Below are positions 11,980 to 24,199 of a DNA stretch of 64,000 nt, one piece after another; positions within the stretch are counted from its first letter, which is position 1, and the number at the start of each line of letters is the position of its first letter. The notes beneath the pieces were generated by a model. The model ran no database searches. It was not told where the DNA came from and saw only the letters and a program-made list of their open reading frames with translations. Where the stretch lies: contig NC_058368.1 of NCBI RefSeq assembly GCF_018350175.1, positions 144,710,001-144,774,000 of the forward strand, written 5' to 3'. A program made the translations under genes and the position numbers. The DNA comes from Felis catus (taxonomy: Eukaryota).

Positions 11980-14238
11980 CCTTTCACTTTTATTTTGTAT
12001 GTGTCTTTAGGTCTGAAGGGAGTCTTGTTTTTTATCCATTCCACCACCTACTGTCCTTTAAGTGGTATAAATGCTCCAATCAAAGTAATTATTGATAGAT
12101 ATGTACTTACTGCCATTTTGTCAACTATTTTCTGGTAGTTTGGTAGTTCTTACCTGTTCCTTTCTTCTTCTCTTGCTCTTTCCTCAAGATTGATGACTTT
12201 CTTTGTGTGTGTGTGTGTGTGTGTCCATCTATCTCTTACAGGTTTCTGGTTTGTGGTTACCATGAAGTTCCTATGTAACATTCTAAGTACATAGGAGACT
12301 ATTAAATTGATGGCCACAGAAGTTCGAACACATTCTAAAAGAACTTGATTTATACTGCCCCCTTCGTGTTAATGTAACACAGACATAAAACATTTTGTGT
12401 ATCTCCTTAGTTTTTTAAATATATAATTGATTTTGTTACTTTTGTCATAAAACTTTCATACCTGCTTTATAAGTGACTGCTCTACTGCATTTATTCCATG
12501 TTTGCTTTAATTCATGACATTTTTTCCTTCCTAATTTTCTTGTAATTATGGCCTTTTCTTTTACCCTTTAAGAAATCCTTTGAACATTTCTTGTAAGGCC
12601 AGTTTAGTGGTGATGAACTCCTTTAACTTTTGTTTGGGAAACACTCTCTCTCCAAATCTGAATGATAACCTTGCTGGATAAAGTATTTCTTGTTGGGGAT
12701 TTTTTCCTGTCATACTTTGAATATATTAATGCCATACTCTTTTGGCCTGCAAAGTTTCTGCTGAAAAATCGGTTGATAGCCTTATGGGGTTTCCCCTATA
12801 CATAACAGGTTGTATCATTGGTTATGCATCATGCATCATGGTTGTGGTATGGACATCCATCTTAATGGAAACTATCTATGGTTCATCTTAATGGGAACTA
12901 TGGTTTCTGAACCTGGATGGCTGTTTCATTCCCCAAGCTAAGAAAGTTTTCAGCTATTATTTCTTAAAAATTTTCTGCACCATTTTCTTTCTCTCATCCT
13001 TCTGGAACCACTATAATGCAAATGTTTCTTTGCTTGATAATGTTCAAGAGATCCTTTAACCTATCCTTATTTTTTAAAATTCTTTTTTCTTTTTGCTGTT
13101 CAGCTCTGGTGCTAGTACCCTGTCTTCCAGACTGCTTATCTATTCTTCTGTATCCTCTAATCTGTTGATTCCACCTAATATATTTTTTATTTATTGCATT
13201 CTTCAATTCTGGTTCTTCTTTAGATTTTCTCTTTCTTGAAGTTGAGTTCATCTACCCTCCTCTCCAGTCTAGTGAGCATCTTTATGATCATTATTTTGAA
13301 GTCTTGATCAGGTTGATTGGTTATCTGTTTCATTTAGTTCAGTTTTCTGAAGTTTTATATTGTACTTTTGTTTGGAGTATATTCTTCTGTCTCCCAATTT
13401 TTTTGACTTTTTATTTCTCTGAATTAGGTGGAACAGCTACTTCTAAATTTGAAAGAATGGTCTTACGTATAGTTTTCCCATATGTAGACTGTGTGTGCCT
13501 GGCAACTGGATGGCTGCAGCTGTGGCTGGGATGGGCTGGGGTTCCCAAGGCACTCTGTGTTGGGGATGCCCTGGGGCTCTCCAAGCACAAAGCATACCTT
13601 CTATTTTTTTTTTTTTTTTGCAGTTATTCAAACACCTCTTATAAAAACAAAATTTAGTCATATATTTGTTACTATAACTGTTCCATCATGAGCATTTTCT
13701 TATAATAAGTATTTAAAAACATTTTTAGTGACAGTAAAGACACTCCATTATCTTTTTAATCTGATTTTTTGATATTTTATTTGACCATATCTATACATAA
13801 TTCTATAACCACATCTATACATAACTCTAATCACAACTCTGATTATTAGTTAGGCTATAATTTTAAGAAAAGAATTCCTAGGTTAAAGATGAAGGGACCT
13901 TAAGACCAAAGAAGATTTGTATCAAGATGGAGTCCTCGTGGCAGTCAACGAGAGAATCATCTCATTACAAACCCTCAAAAACACCAAGATAGGTCAATGA
14001 GATAAGTAAAAAAATATGTGTTTCAATGACTAGTTTTCTGACTGAATCCTCTTTTGGGGCTCAGTTTCCTTATGCATGAAAAGGAGTGGGGAAGGGACTA
14101 CAGTCAATCCTACCTAAGGTATGTTCAGCTGTAACAATAATCCCTTCCATCCTTGCTGTCATTCTTGAGTTCTTATCAAGCATTTTAATGCTGTCTAGAA
14201 TTAAGTAATTGCATACTATCAGAGTTTGCATTTCTTTA

Positions 14239-14451
14239 AAAAAATTTTTTTTAATGTTTATTTATTTTTGAGACAGAGACAGAGCATGAATGGGGGAGGG
14301 GCAGAGAGAGAGGGAGACACAGAAGCAGAAGCAGGCTCCAGGTTCCGAGCTGTCAGCACAGAGCCGGACGCGGGGCTCGAACTCACAGACCGTGAGATCA
14401 TGACCTGAGCCGAAGTCGAAGGCTCAACCAACTGAGCCACCCAGGCAGCCC
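14239..14451 (-). mobile_element. Can-SINE
   Basis: TSD CAGAGTTTGCATTTCTTTA 14220-14238 / 14451-14469. Confidence 0.93.
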
Positions 14452-14599
14452 AGAGTTTGCATTTCTTTAGGAACAGTACAATTGATTAGGTAGAGGATCA
14501 CAGGAAAAAGAAATTCATAGGTAGATGTGCTCAAATTTAATAAAAACTAGTATTTGTGAATCAAAGTTCTAACTTTGTTTTAAAGCAGGAATTATAAAA

Positions 14600-15098
14600 A
14601 GGGGGTGGGGTGGGCACCGATTGATTAGTCGGTTAAGGATCCAACTTCAGGTCATGATCTTACCATTTGTGAGTTTGAGCCCCACATAGGACTTGCTGCT
14701 GTCAGCGCAGAGCCTGCTTCCAGTCCTGTCTCCCTCTCTCTCTGCCCTTCCCCTGCTCACACACACACACTCTCTCTCTCTCTCTCTCTCTCAAAACAAA
14801 AATTTATAAAAACCAGGAATTTTTAAAAGTTTATCATAATATAACTTACAAACTTTCCTTTAAGAAGCAAACTTATCTTGGGGCGCCTAGGTGGCTCAGT
14901 CAGTTGAGTGTCTGACTTCGGTTCAGGTCATGATCTCACAGCTCATGAGTTCAAGCCCTGTGTAGGGTTCTGTGCTTACAACTTGGAGCCTGGAGCCTGC
15001 TTCAGATTCTGTGTCTCCCTCTCTCTCTGCCCCTAATCCACTCGCATTCTGTCTCTGTCTCTCTCAAAAATAAACATTGAAAAAAATTTTTCAAAAAA
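14600..15098 (+). mobile_element. Two Can-SINEs (~14600-14810 and 14880-15098)
   Basis: SINE bodies with (CT)n and A tails; second has TSD AAGCAAACTTA. Confidence 0.88.
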
Positions 15099-15628
15099 AG
15101 CAAACTTACTTGATACAGTGAAAACATGATTTAATTGCCAAACATTTGATTTTAAACAATTTTTCAGAGAGCTATCCACTGTGTAAATAATATCTGAACT
15201 ACAGATTACTGAGTGCTCAGCTTAGCGGCAGGTCTTGAGAGATCCAGGTCAAAGAATAATACAAGGTGTCAGTGTAATTTTACTTTAGATAAACTCATAG
15301 CAGAGACTGATGGGGAAAAAAGGGTTTGAGAGGCACATTAATGGTTTTCATATATTTAAAGAGTTCTCAAATGTAGTAACTCCATCTTTGAAATAATAAT
15401 AATAAAAAAAGACTGAGTAGCCCTGTAATATCTCTGCTCTTCATCTCTGGCAATGACCATCAGATATCCCTCCTCTACAACCCTTAGTAACAATTTCTTC
15501 TTTCTGATTATTTCTCTCAAGTCCATCTAACATGGCACTTTTTATTTGTCCCAGTATTGTTCTTATTAATTAATGCCTTGCATGTGTCTTCTATGCAAAT
15601 TAATCATTTGTCTTTTTCACTATCAAAG

Positions 15629-15748
15629 GTTGAGCTTGTTCAGATAGTCATCGATGGAGTCAACTATCTGGTGGATTGTGAAAAGAAGTTGGAGAGAGGC
15701 CAAGATATTAAGGTCCCACCGCCTCTGCCTCAGTTTGGCAGAAAGTGA
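15629..15748 (+). CDS. CKMT2: CKMT2 terminal coding exon ([39 protein letters not shown])
   Basis: tcaaag|GTT...TGA; sarcomeric mtCK C-terminus; follows a ~10-kb last intron. Confidence 0.96.
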   Translation, partial: VELVQIVIDGVNYLVDCEKKLERGQDIKVPPPLPQFGRK

Positions 15749-15868
15749 ACTTTCTCTTTTCCAAACTGTAAATAATCTGTCTGCTGGTATGACAGACATG
15801 AAGGTATTTTACTCTGAGAGTTTTTATATAGACTTGCAAAAATGTAACACTGTATGTCCTATCTTTAC

Positions 15869-15874
15869 AATAAA
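15869..15874 (+). terminator. CKMT2: Probable CKMT2 polyadenylation signal AATAAA
   Basis: First canonical AATAAA, ~120 nt after the stop, followed by T-rich sequence. Confidence 0.75.
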
Positions 15875-17519
15875 ACTCTCCTTAATATGTTTAGTTTCCC
15901 CGATTTTTTAAAATCCTAAGAAAGGCAAATGCATGAAATTACAAGTAGCAGCAGGCAAAAGTGTTTTAAGGCACTGATAAAACATATTTCTAAGACCACT
16001 TACACACCAAGCTAAAAACCCTCCATTCATCTAGATGCTACAATATCAGCACTGTAACAAAACTTTATGGACAACATTGGTAGATTAATTCCTCATTTCC
16101 CAATCATGTTTCTGGCAACTAGAACAAGAAGAAATTCATTTTCTTGAGAGTGTGGAAATAATTATAACTACACAAATGAAGACAAACAGAGGTTACTTAG
16201 GGATGGCTACAGAAAAGGAGTCAGCCACGATCTCTAAGTTGCTGACAAATTGAAGATAAGCATATAAAAGCATTCTGGTGACAAATATGGGAAAGTTTCA
16301 GATATACCCAGATTGGGGTTGTAGGCACTGGAGAAACTGAAGGCAGAATACATGGAAATGGGGTATCCAACAGAACTGGTTTGAAAAGCATATATGGCTT
16401 CCTTTGGTTGGTCCTGAGGTGGAAGAAGGGTAAAAATATTAGGGAAGATTGAGGTCACCAAATCCAAATCGAGGATTATTCCCTAAGCCTGAATGGCCTC
16501 ATTTCAAATCTTGTTATGCTTTTACATTCATGAAGTGATGTCAGAAACATGAAGTGGCATGACAGAAGAGTTGAGAACTCGGTAGCAAGTTAAGAAATTG
16601 TACCACAACATTAAAAATTGTTAACTTCAATGACAGGAATGAGATCAAATTCTACATTCTGTAGGTGACACTGCAGATGCTAGAGTAAAAAAACAATGTG
16701 CTCATGCTAGTGCTTACAAGCACCACATTAATTTATGAAAGGCAAATTGGTATGTGGTAAAAATTTAGACAAGGAAACTGGACCCAATATAATTGAGGAT
16801 ATTATGTTAAGTACCCTGAATGGGATGGGGTAGAGGGCTGTTCTGCCAACCAAGGCCTGTAGACAGATAAGAGATCAGAACTTCACGTAGTAATGAGCAT
16901 TCTAGGGGCAGAAAGATAAAGGGTAGAGAACAGAGGTATCCTGGCCAAGCATGTTGACTCTATAGCCAGACTGACTAGGCCTAAGTCCCAACTTTCCCAC
17001 CATATGACATCAAATGATTTAGTTTCTGCGTTCCTCAGTTTCCTTTGTATAAAATGAGCACAATGATCATGAACACCTCATAGGGCTGCTGGGAGCAGAA
17101 CAGTGATCATTGGGAAGTGCATTTAGAAGTGCTCATCACATTGCATGTACAATGTAAGGGGTTTGTAGAAGAAGGCATAATAACTTAAGAACCAATATTG
17201 TATTATTATGATAACTGATCTCTGAATATCCCTTAAACCGTCCTTTGGGCAAACCAACAGACATCAACATCCCTCTTCTGAAAGGACTTACATGAAAATA
17301 GGTAGATGAAGGCAAACACATATAGCTAAAGAGAAACATAAGCATACAGGAGTTGAAGAGACCCAACAACAGGGGCATATGCCAACATTATTCCTTTTCT
17401 TTTTTTTTTTTTTTTTTTTTTGGAATGAGAGCTGAAAAGCAAGCACTGGCATAAAAATATAGGGATACTGATATAAAAAGGAAGCAACCCTTGTGATCTA
17501 AACCTACACCACAACATTT

Positions 17520-20500
17520 ACAGAAGAGTTAATACCTATTTTTCTCAAACTATTCCCAAAACCCAAAGAGGAAGGAAAAGTGAAATTCATTCCACAACAT
17601 CAGCATTAGCCTGATACCAACACCAAAGACACAAAGAAGATAGAAAAACCACAGGCCAACATCCATGATGAATACAGGCAAAACTCCCTGGACAAACATG
17701 AGCAAATTAAATTCAACAATACATGAAAAGGATCATTCATCATGATCAAGCGGGATTTATTTCTGGGATGCACAGTGATTCAATATCCACAAATCAATGA
17801 GATATACCACATTAATAAGAGGAAGGATAAAAACCATATAATCATCTCAATAGATGTGGAAGAAGCATCTGACAAAATATACTATCCGTTCATGATAGAA
17901 ATTCTCACCAGAGTGGGTTCAGGAGAAACAGACATCAATATAATAAAGGCCTTATATGAACAACTCACAGCTAACTGCATACTACTTAATAGGTGAAAAA
18001 TGGAAAGTTTTTCCTCTAAGATTAGGAACACGATGAGCATGCCCACTCTCACTACTTTTATTCACCATAGTACTGGACATCCTAGCCACAGCAGTCAGAC
18101 AAGGAAAGAAATAAAAGGCATCTAAAGTGGTAATGAACAGGTAGAACTGTCACTACTTGCAGATATGATACTATACACACAAAACCCAAAAGTTCCCATC
18201 AAAAAAAAAAAAAACAGGAAGAAAGTATAATATGTGAAATCAGTAAAGTTGCAGAATACAAAATTAATATACAGAAATCAGTTGCATTTCTACACACCAA
18301 TAATGAAATAGCAGAGAGAGAAATTAAGAACGATCCCTTTTACAATTGCACCCAAAAAGAACACACACTGGAATAAATTTAACCAAGGAGGTGAAAGATC
18401 TATACTCTGAGAACTGAAAGATACTAATCAAAGAAATTTGAAGATTACACAAATGGAAAGATATAACATGCTCATGAATTGGAAGAATGAATATCATTGG
18501 AATGTCTGGGTTGCTCAAACAACCTACAGATTCAATGCAATACCTATCAAAACACTACAGTATTTTCCACCAAACTAGAATGAATAATCTCCAAATTTCC
18601 ACGAAGCCAACAAAGACCTTGAACATCCAAGGCAGCTGTGAGAGAGAAAAACAAAGCTGGAGGTATCACAGTTGCAGATTTCAAGATGTACTGCAAGGCT
18701 ATAGTCATCATAACACTATGATGCCGGCAGAAAAAGAGACACATAGGTCCATGGAACAAGACAGAATGCTCAGAAATGAATCCATGATCCTGTGATCAGT
18801 AAATGTACAGGCAAAGGAGACAAGAGTATATAATGGGGGAAAGACAGTCAATAAATAGTGCTGGGAAAATTGGACTGCTAGATGCAAAAGAATGAAACTG
18901 TACCACTTTATTATGCCATATGCAAAAATAAACTCAAGATGGATTAAAGACCCAAATGTGAGGCACGGAACCATAAAACTCCTAAGAGAAAATCTAGGCA
19001 ACAAATCCTTGGACACTGGCCTCAGCAGTAGATCTATGGATAGGTCTCCTCAGGCAAGTAAAACAAAAGCAGTAATAAGCCATTGGGACCACCACAAAAT
19101 AACAAGCTTTTACACAGTAAAGGAAACCACCAATAGAACAAAAAGACAACCTACCAAATGGGAGAGAATATGTACAAGTGGTATTTCCAATAAGGGGTTC
19201 ATTTCCAAAATAGCAAAATACTCACACAATTAAAGAAACAACAAATCATCACATGAAAAGATGGGCAGAGCACCTGAATAGACATTTTGCCCCAAGAAGA
19301 CACACAAATGGCCAGATACATGAAAATATGCTCCACATCACTATCATCAAGGAAATGCAAATCAAAATCATAATGAGATAGCACCTCATACCTGTCATAA
19401 CGACCAGAATCACAAAGACAAGAAATGACAAGTGTTGGTGAGGATGTGGAAGAAAAGGAGCCCTTGTGCACTGTTGGTAGCAATGTAAATGGGTATAGCC
19501 ACTGTGGAAAACTATGGAGGTTCCTGAAAACATTAAAAATGTAAACACCAATTGTGAATGGGATCAGTTTCTTTATTTGTCTTTCTGTTGCTTCATTGTT
19601 AGTGTATAAGAATGCAACTGATTTCTGTACATTGATTTTGTATCCTGCAACTTTGCTGAATTCCTGTATCAGTTCTAGCAGACTTTTGGTGGAGTCTATC
19701 GGATTTTCCATGTATAATATCATGTCATCTGCAAAAAGCGAAAGCTTGACTTCATCTTTGCCAATTTTGATGCCTTTGATTTCCTTTTGTTGTCTGATTG
19801 CTGATGCTAGAACTTCCAGCACTATGTTAAACAGCAGCGGTGAGAGTGGGCATCCTTGTCGTGTTCCTGATCTCAGGGAAAAAGCTCTGTTTTTCCCCGT
19901 TGAGGATGATGTTAGCTGTGGGCTTTTCATAAATGGCTTTTATGATCTTTAAGTATGTTCCTTCTATCCCGACTTTCTCAAGGGTTTTTATTAAGAAAGG
20001 GTGCTGGATTTTGTCAAAGGCCTTTTCTGCATCGATTGACAGGATCATATGGTTCTTCTCTTTTTTTTTTGTTAATGTGATGTATCACGTTGATTGATTT
20101 GTGAATGTTGAACCAGCCCTGCATCCCAGGAATGAATCCCACTTGATCATGGTGAATAATTCTTTTTATATGCTGTTGAGTTCGATTTGCTAGTATCTTA
20201 TTGAGAATTTTTGCATCCATATTCATCAGGGATATTGGCCTGTAGTTCTCTTTTTTTACTGGGTCTCTGTCTGGTTTAGGAATCAAAGTAATACTGGCTT
20301 CATGGAATGAGTCTGGAAGTTTTCCTTCCCTTTCTATTTCTTGGAATAGCTTGAGAAGGATAGGTATTATCTCTGCTTTAAACGTCTGGTAGAACTCCCC
20401 TGGGAAGCCATCTGGTCCTGGACTCTTATTTGTTGGGAGATTTTGGATAACCGATTCAATTTCTTCGCTGGTTATGGGTCTGTTCAAGCTTTCTATTTCC

Positions 20501-23090
20501 TCCTGATTGAGTTTTGGAAGAGTGTGGGTGTTTAGGAATTTGTCCATTTCTTCCAGGTTGTCCAATTTGTTGGCATATAATTTTTCATAGTATTCCCTGA
20601 TAATTGTTTGTATCTCTGAGGGATTGGTTGTAATACTTCCATTTTCATTCATGATTTTATCTATTTGGGTCATCTCCCTTTTCTTTTTGAGAAGCCTGGC
20701 TAGAGGTTTGTCAATTTTGTTTATTTTTTCAAAAAACCAACTCTTGGTTTCGTTGATCTGCTCTACAGTTTTTTTAGATTCTATATTGTTTATTTCTGCT
20801 CTGATCTTTATTATTTCTCTTCTTCTGCTGGGTTTAGGCTGCCTTTGCTGTTCTGCTTCTAGTTCCTTTAGGTGTGCTGTTAGATTCACAATTGCACCAA
20901 GAAGCATAAAATACCTAGGAATAAATCTAACCAAAGATGTAAAGGATCTGTATGCTGAAAACTATAGAAAGCTTATGAAGGAAATTGAAGAAGATTTAAA
21001 GAAATGGAAAGACATTCCCTGCTCATGGATTGGAAAAATAAATATTGTCAAAATGTCAATACTACCCAAAGCTATCTACACATTCAATGCAATCCCAATC
21101 AAAATTGCACCAGCATTCTTCTCGAAACTAGAACAAGCAATCCTAAAATTCATATGGAACCACAAAAGGCCCCGAATAGCCAAAGGAATTTTGAAGAAGA
21201 AGACCAAAGCAGGAGGCATCACAATCCCAGACTTTAGCCTCTACTACAAAGCTGTAATCATCAAGACAGCATGGTATTGGCACAAAAACAGACACATAGA
21301 CCAATGGAATAGAATAGAAACCCCAGAACTAGACCCACAAACGTATGGCCAACTCATCTTTGACAAAGCAGGAAAGAACATCCAATGGAAAAAAGACAGC
21401 CTCTTTAACAAATGGTGCTGGGAGAACTGGACAGCAACATGCAGAAGGTTGAAACTAGACCACTTTCTCACACCATTCACAAAAATAAACTCCAAATGGA
21501 TAAAGGACCTAAATGTGAGACAGGAAACCATCAAAACCTTAGAGGAGAAAGCAGGAAAAGACCTCTCTGACCTCAGCCGTAGCAATCTCTTACTCGACAC
21601 ATCCCCAAAGGCAAGGGAATTAAAAGCAAAAGTGAATTACTGGGACCTTATGAAGACAAAAAGCTTCTGCAGAGCAAAGGAAACAACCAACAAAACTAAA
21701 AGGCAACCAACGGAATGGGAAAAGATATTCGCAAGTGACATATCGGACAAAGGGCTAGTATCCAAAATCTATAAAGAGCTCACCAAACTCCACACCCGAA
21801 AAACAAATAACCCAGTGAAGAAATGGGCAGAAAACATGAATAGACACTTCTCTAAAGAAGACATCCGGATGGCCAACAGGCACATGAAAAGATGTTCAGC
21901 GTCGCTCCTTATCAGGGAAATACAAATCAAAACCACACTCAGGTATCACCTCACGCCAGTCAGAGTGGCCAAAATGAACACATCAGGAGACTATAGATGC
22001 TGGAGAGGATGTGGAGAAACGGGAACCCTCTTGCACTGTTGGTGGGAATGCAAATTGGTGCAGCCACTCTGGAAAGCAGTGTGGAGGTTCCTCAGAAAAT
22101 TAAAAATAGACCTACCCTATGACCCAGCAATAGCACTGCTAGGAATTTATCCAAGGGATACAGGAGTACTGATGCATAGGGCCACTTGTACCCCAATGTT
22201 CATAGCAGCACTCTCAACAATAGCCAAATTATGGAAAGAGCCTAAATGTCCATCAACTGATGAATGGATAAAGAAATTGTGGTTTATATACACAATGGAA
22301 TATTACGTGGCAATGAGAAAAAAATGAAATATGGCCTTTTGTAGCAACGTGGATGGAACTGGAGAGTATGATGCTAAGTGAAATAAGCCATACAGAGAAA
22401 GACAGATACCATATGGTTTCACTCTTATGTGGATCCTGAGAAACTTAACAGGAACCCATGGGGGAGGGGAAAGAAAAAAAAAACAAACAGGTTAGAGTGG
22501 GAGAGAGCCAAAGTATAAGAGACTCTTAAAAACTGAGAACAAACTGAGGGTTGATGGGGGGTGGGAGGGGGGAGAGGGTGGGTGTTGGGTATTGAGGAGG
22601 GCACCTTTTGGGATGAGCACTGGGTGTTGTATGGAAACCAATTTGTCAATAAATTTCACATAAAAAAATGTAAACACCATTTACATTTACATGTAGCAAC
22701 AGTGTAAGTGTGCACTGAGAAGTTGAACAGATTAAGAAGAGCTCATCTATACTTACAACAGAATATTACTCAACCATAAAAAAGAATGAGATCTTGCCCT
22801 TTGCAACAGCATGGATGCACCTATAAAGTATTTTGCTAAGTGAAGTAAGTTAGAGAACAAGCAAATACCACATGATTTCACTTATATGTGGAATGACAAA
22901 CACAAAAGAATAAAAAACTAACAGATCCATAAATACAGAAAAGAAACTATTGTTTGCCAGAGGAGAGGTGAGAATGTGCGTGTGGAATCACTGAAATAAG
23001 TGATGTGGATTAAGACTTACAAACTTCCTGTTATAAAATTAAAAAAAAGAAAACAATAACATGAGAAGTACAGTAATGGAAACATAGTCA
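17520..23090 (+). mobile_element. Old 5'-truncated LINE-1 downstream of CKMT2, interrupted by a young L1 at 19551-22663
   Basis: Degenerate RT and C-terminal ORF2 remnants 17520-19550; 3' UTR resumes 22680-23090. Confidence 0.88.
19551..22663 (+). mobile_element. Young 5'-inverted (twin-primed) LINE-1
   Basis: Inverted ORF2 segment 19551-~20886, sense segment ~20884-22663 with open ORF2 C-terminal half; 16-bp TSD AAAAATGTAAACACCA (19535-19550 / 22664-22679) at a TT/AAAA site. Confidence 0.95.
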
Positions 23091-24199
23091 CAGGGGAAAA
23101 AAAACAAATTTCTGAAATCTGTATTACATCATCCTCAACAGCATAATTAACAGGAAGAATTAACAGCACAGAATGTATGGCGAGTATCTCTTCCTTTTTG
23201 TTGTATTTTTACTGAATTCATTTGTCACCTTTGCCACTAATTCTACTCATCAATATCAAAACCACATTTGCATTGAATATTAGTTTGCCCACAGACTTTA
23301 ATTATCTTACCTACATTTGAAATTCTTGATTTATAAGGCTATTTGACCTTTATTGTATTTCCAGGAATTATTCATCTGTAACTTTCCTTTTTAAGAACAA
23401 GATATTCATATCTAAAGACATGCATTTAATAACCATGTCTACAATGAATTCCTAATGCTCAATCTGGCATCTCAATTTTTGTTGAAATCTCCATATTCAT
23501 TAAATATCCTTCCCTGACTGCTCCTCAGACAATTTTCAGATCATGTAACAGCATCTTAATTAGATAGGAGAACATTCTTTCTCCTCAAGCATTGCCAAAT
23601 ATTTGATAGATATAATCCTGTTTGCAGAAGTTGTGCTAAGTTATACTTCTGGCACACAAAACAAGCACATTGGCAAAATTATAGTGCAAATAAAAGATGT
23701 TTTATATGAGTCTCCTGAAAGAGATAAAGAGACTTGTAACTATTAAAATTCTAGTTGAATGTCATATTTCAGCCAAAGTAGTCATAGCATGCCAGTAGTT
23801 CCCATTTCCTAAGGTCTAGTTCAATCAACATTCATGAAGCAAGGATGTGCACAGAATACTGTTCTGAATCACAGGACCTTTTTAATTTGAAACAATCTTT
23901 GTATCTGAAGCAGAATGCAGAAAGAATAAGCTTTGGCAGCTGAGAAATCATTCTGGCCCTCTTCCGTGGGGAAGAGAAATGTTGTCCTTCTCCTTGACTT
24001 CTGTGCTGCCACATCATCATCATAAGTATGTTGGCTCAAAGGGAATTGGTTATTCTCTCTCAGGCCAAAAGTCACCCAAGAACATGTTTTGGAGGCAGCC
24101 ACAAGACGTTGTTTTGAGGTCAAAAGATTTGCTTTAAATTCAGGCTCTGCCACTAATTGACTATATGACTGAGGGCAAATTTTTTCCATACTTTTATTT

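Larger units (their letters stand above)
7065..13600 (-). mobile_element. Old, near full-length degenerate LINE-1 antisense in the last CKMT2 intron
   Basis: 3' end near 7065; ORF2 remnants (ORFs 8540-8773, 10454-10898, 11370-11657); ORF1 remnant (12994-13251); interrupted by SINEs, (TG)n and a younger L1 fragment; ends approximate. Confidence 0.9.

Noticed and set aside
20624..22327. 567-aa ORF, the longest in the window, as a novel gene
   Set aside because: It is antisense L1 ORF2 fused to the ORF2 C-terminus at the inversion junction; no promoter or splice evidence.
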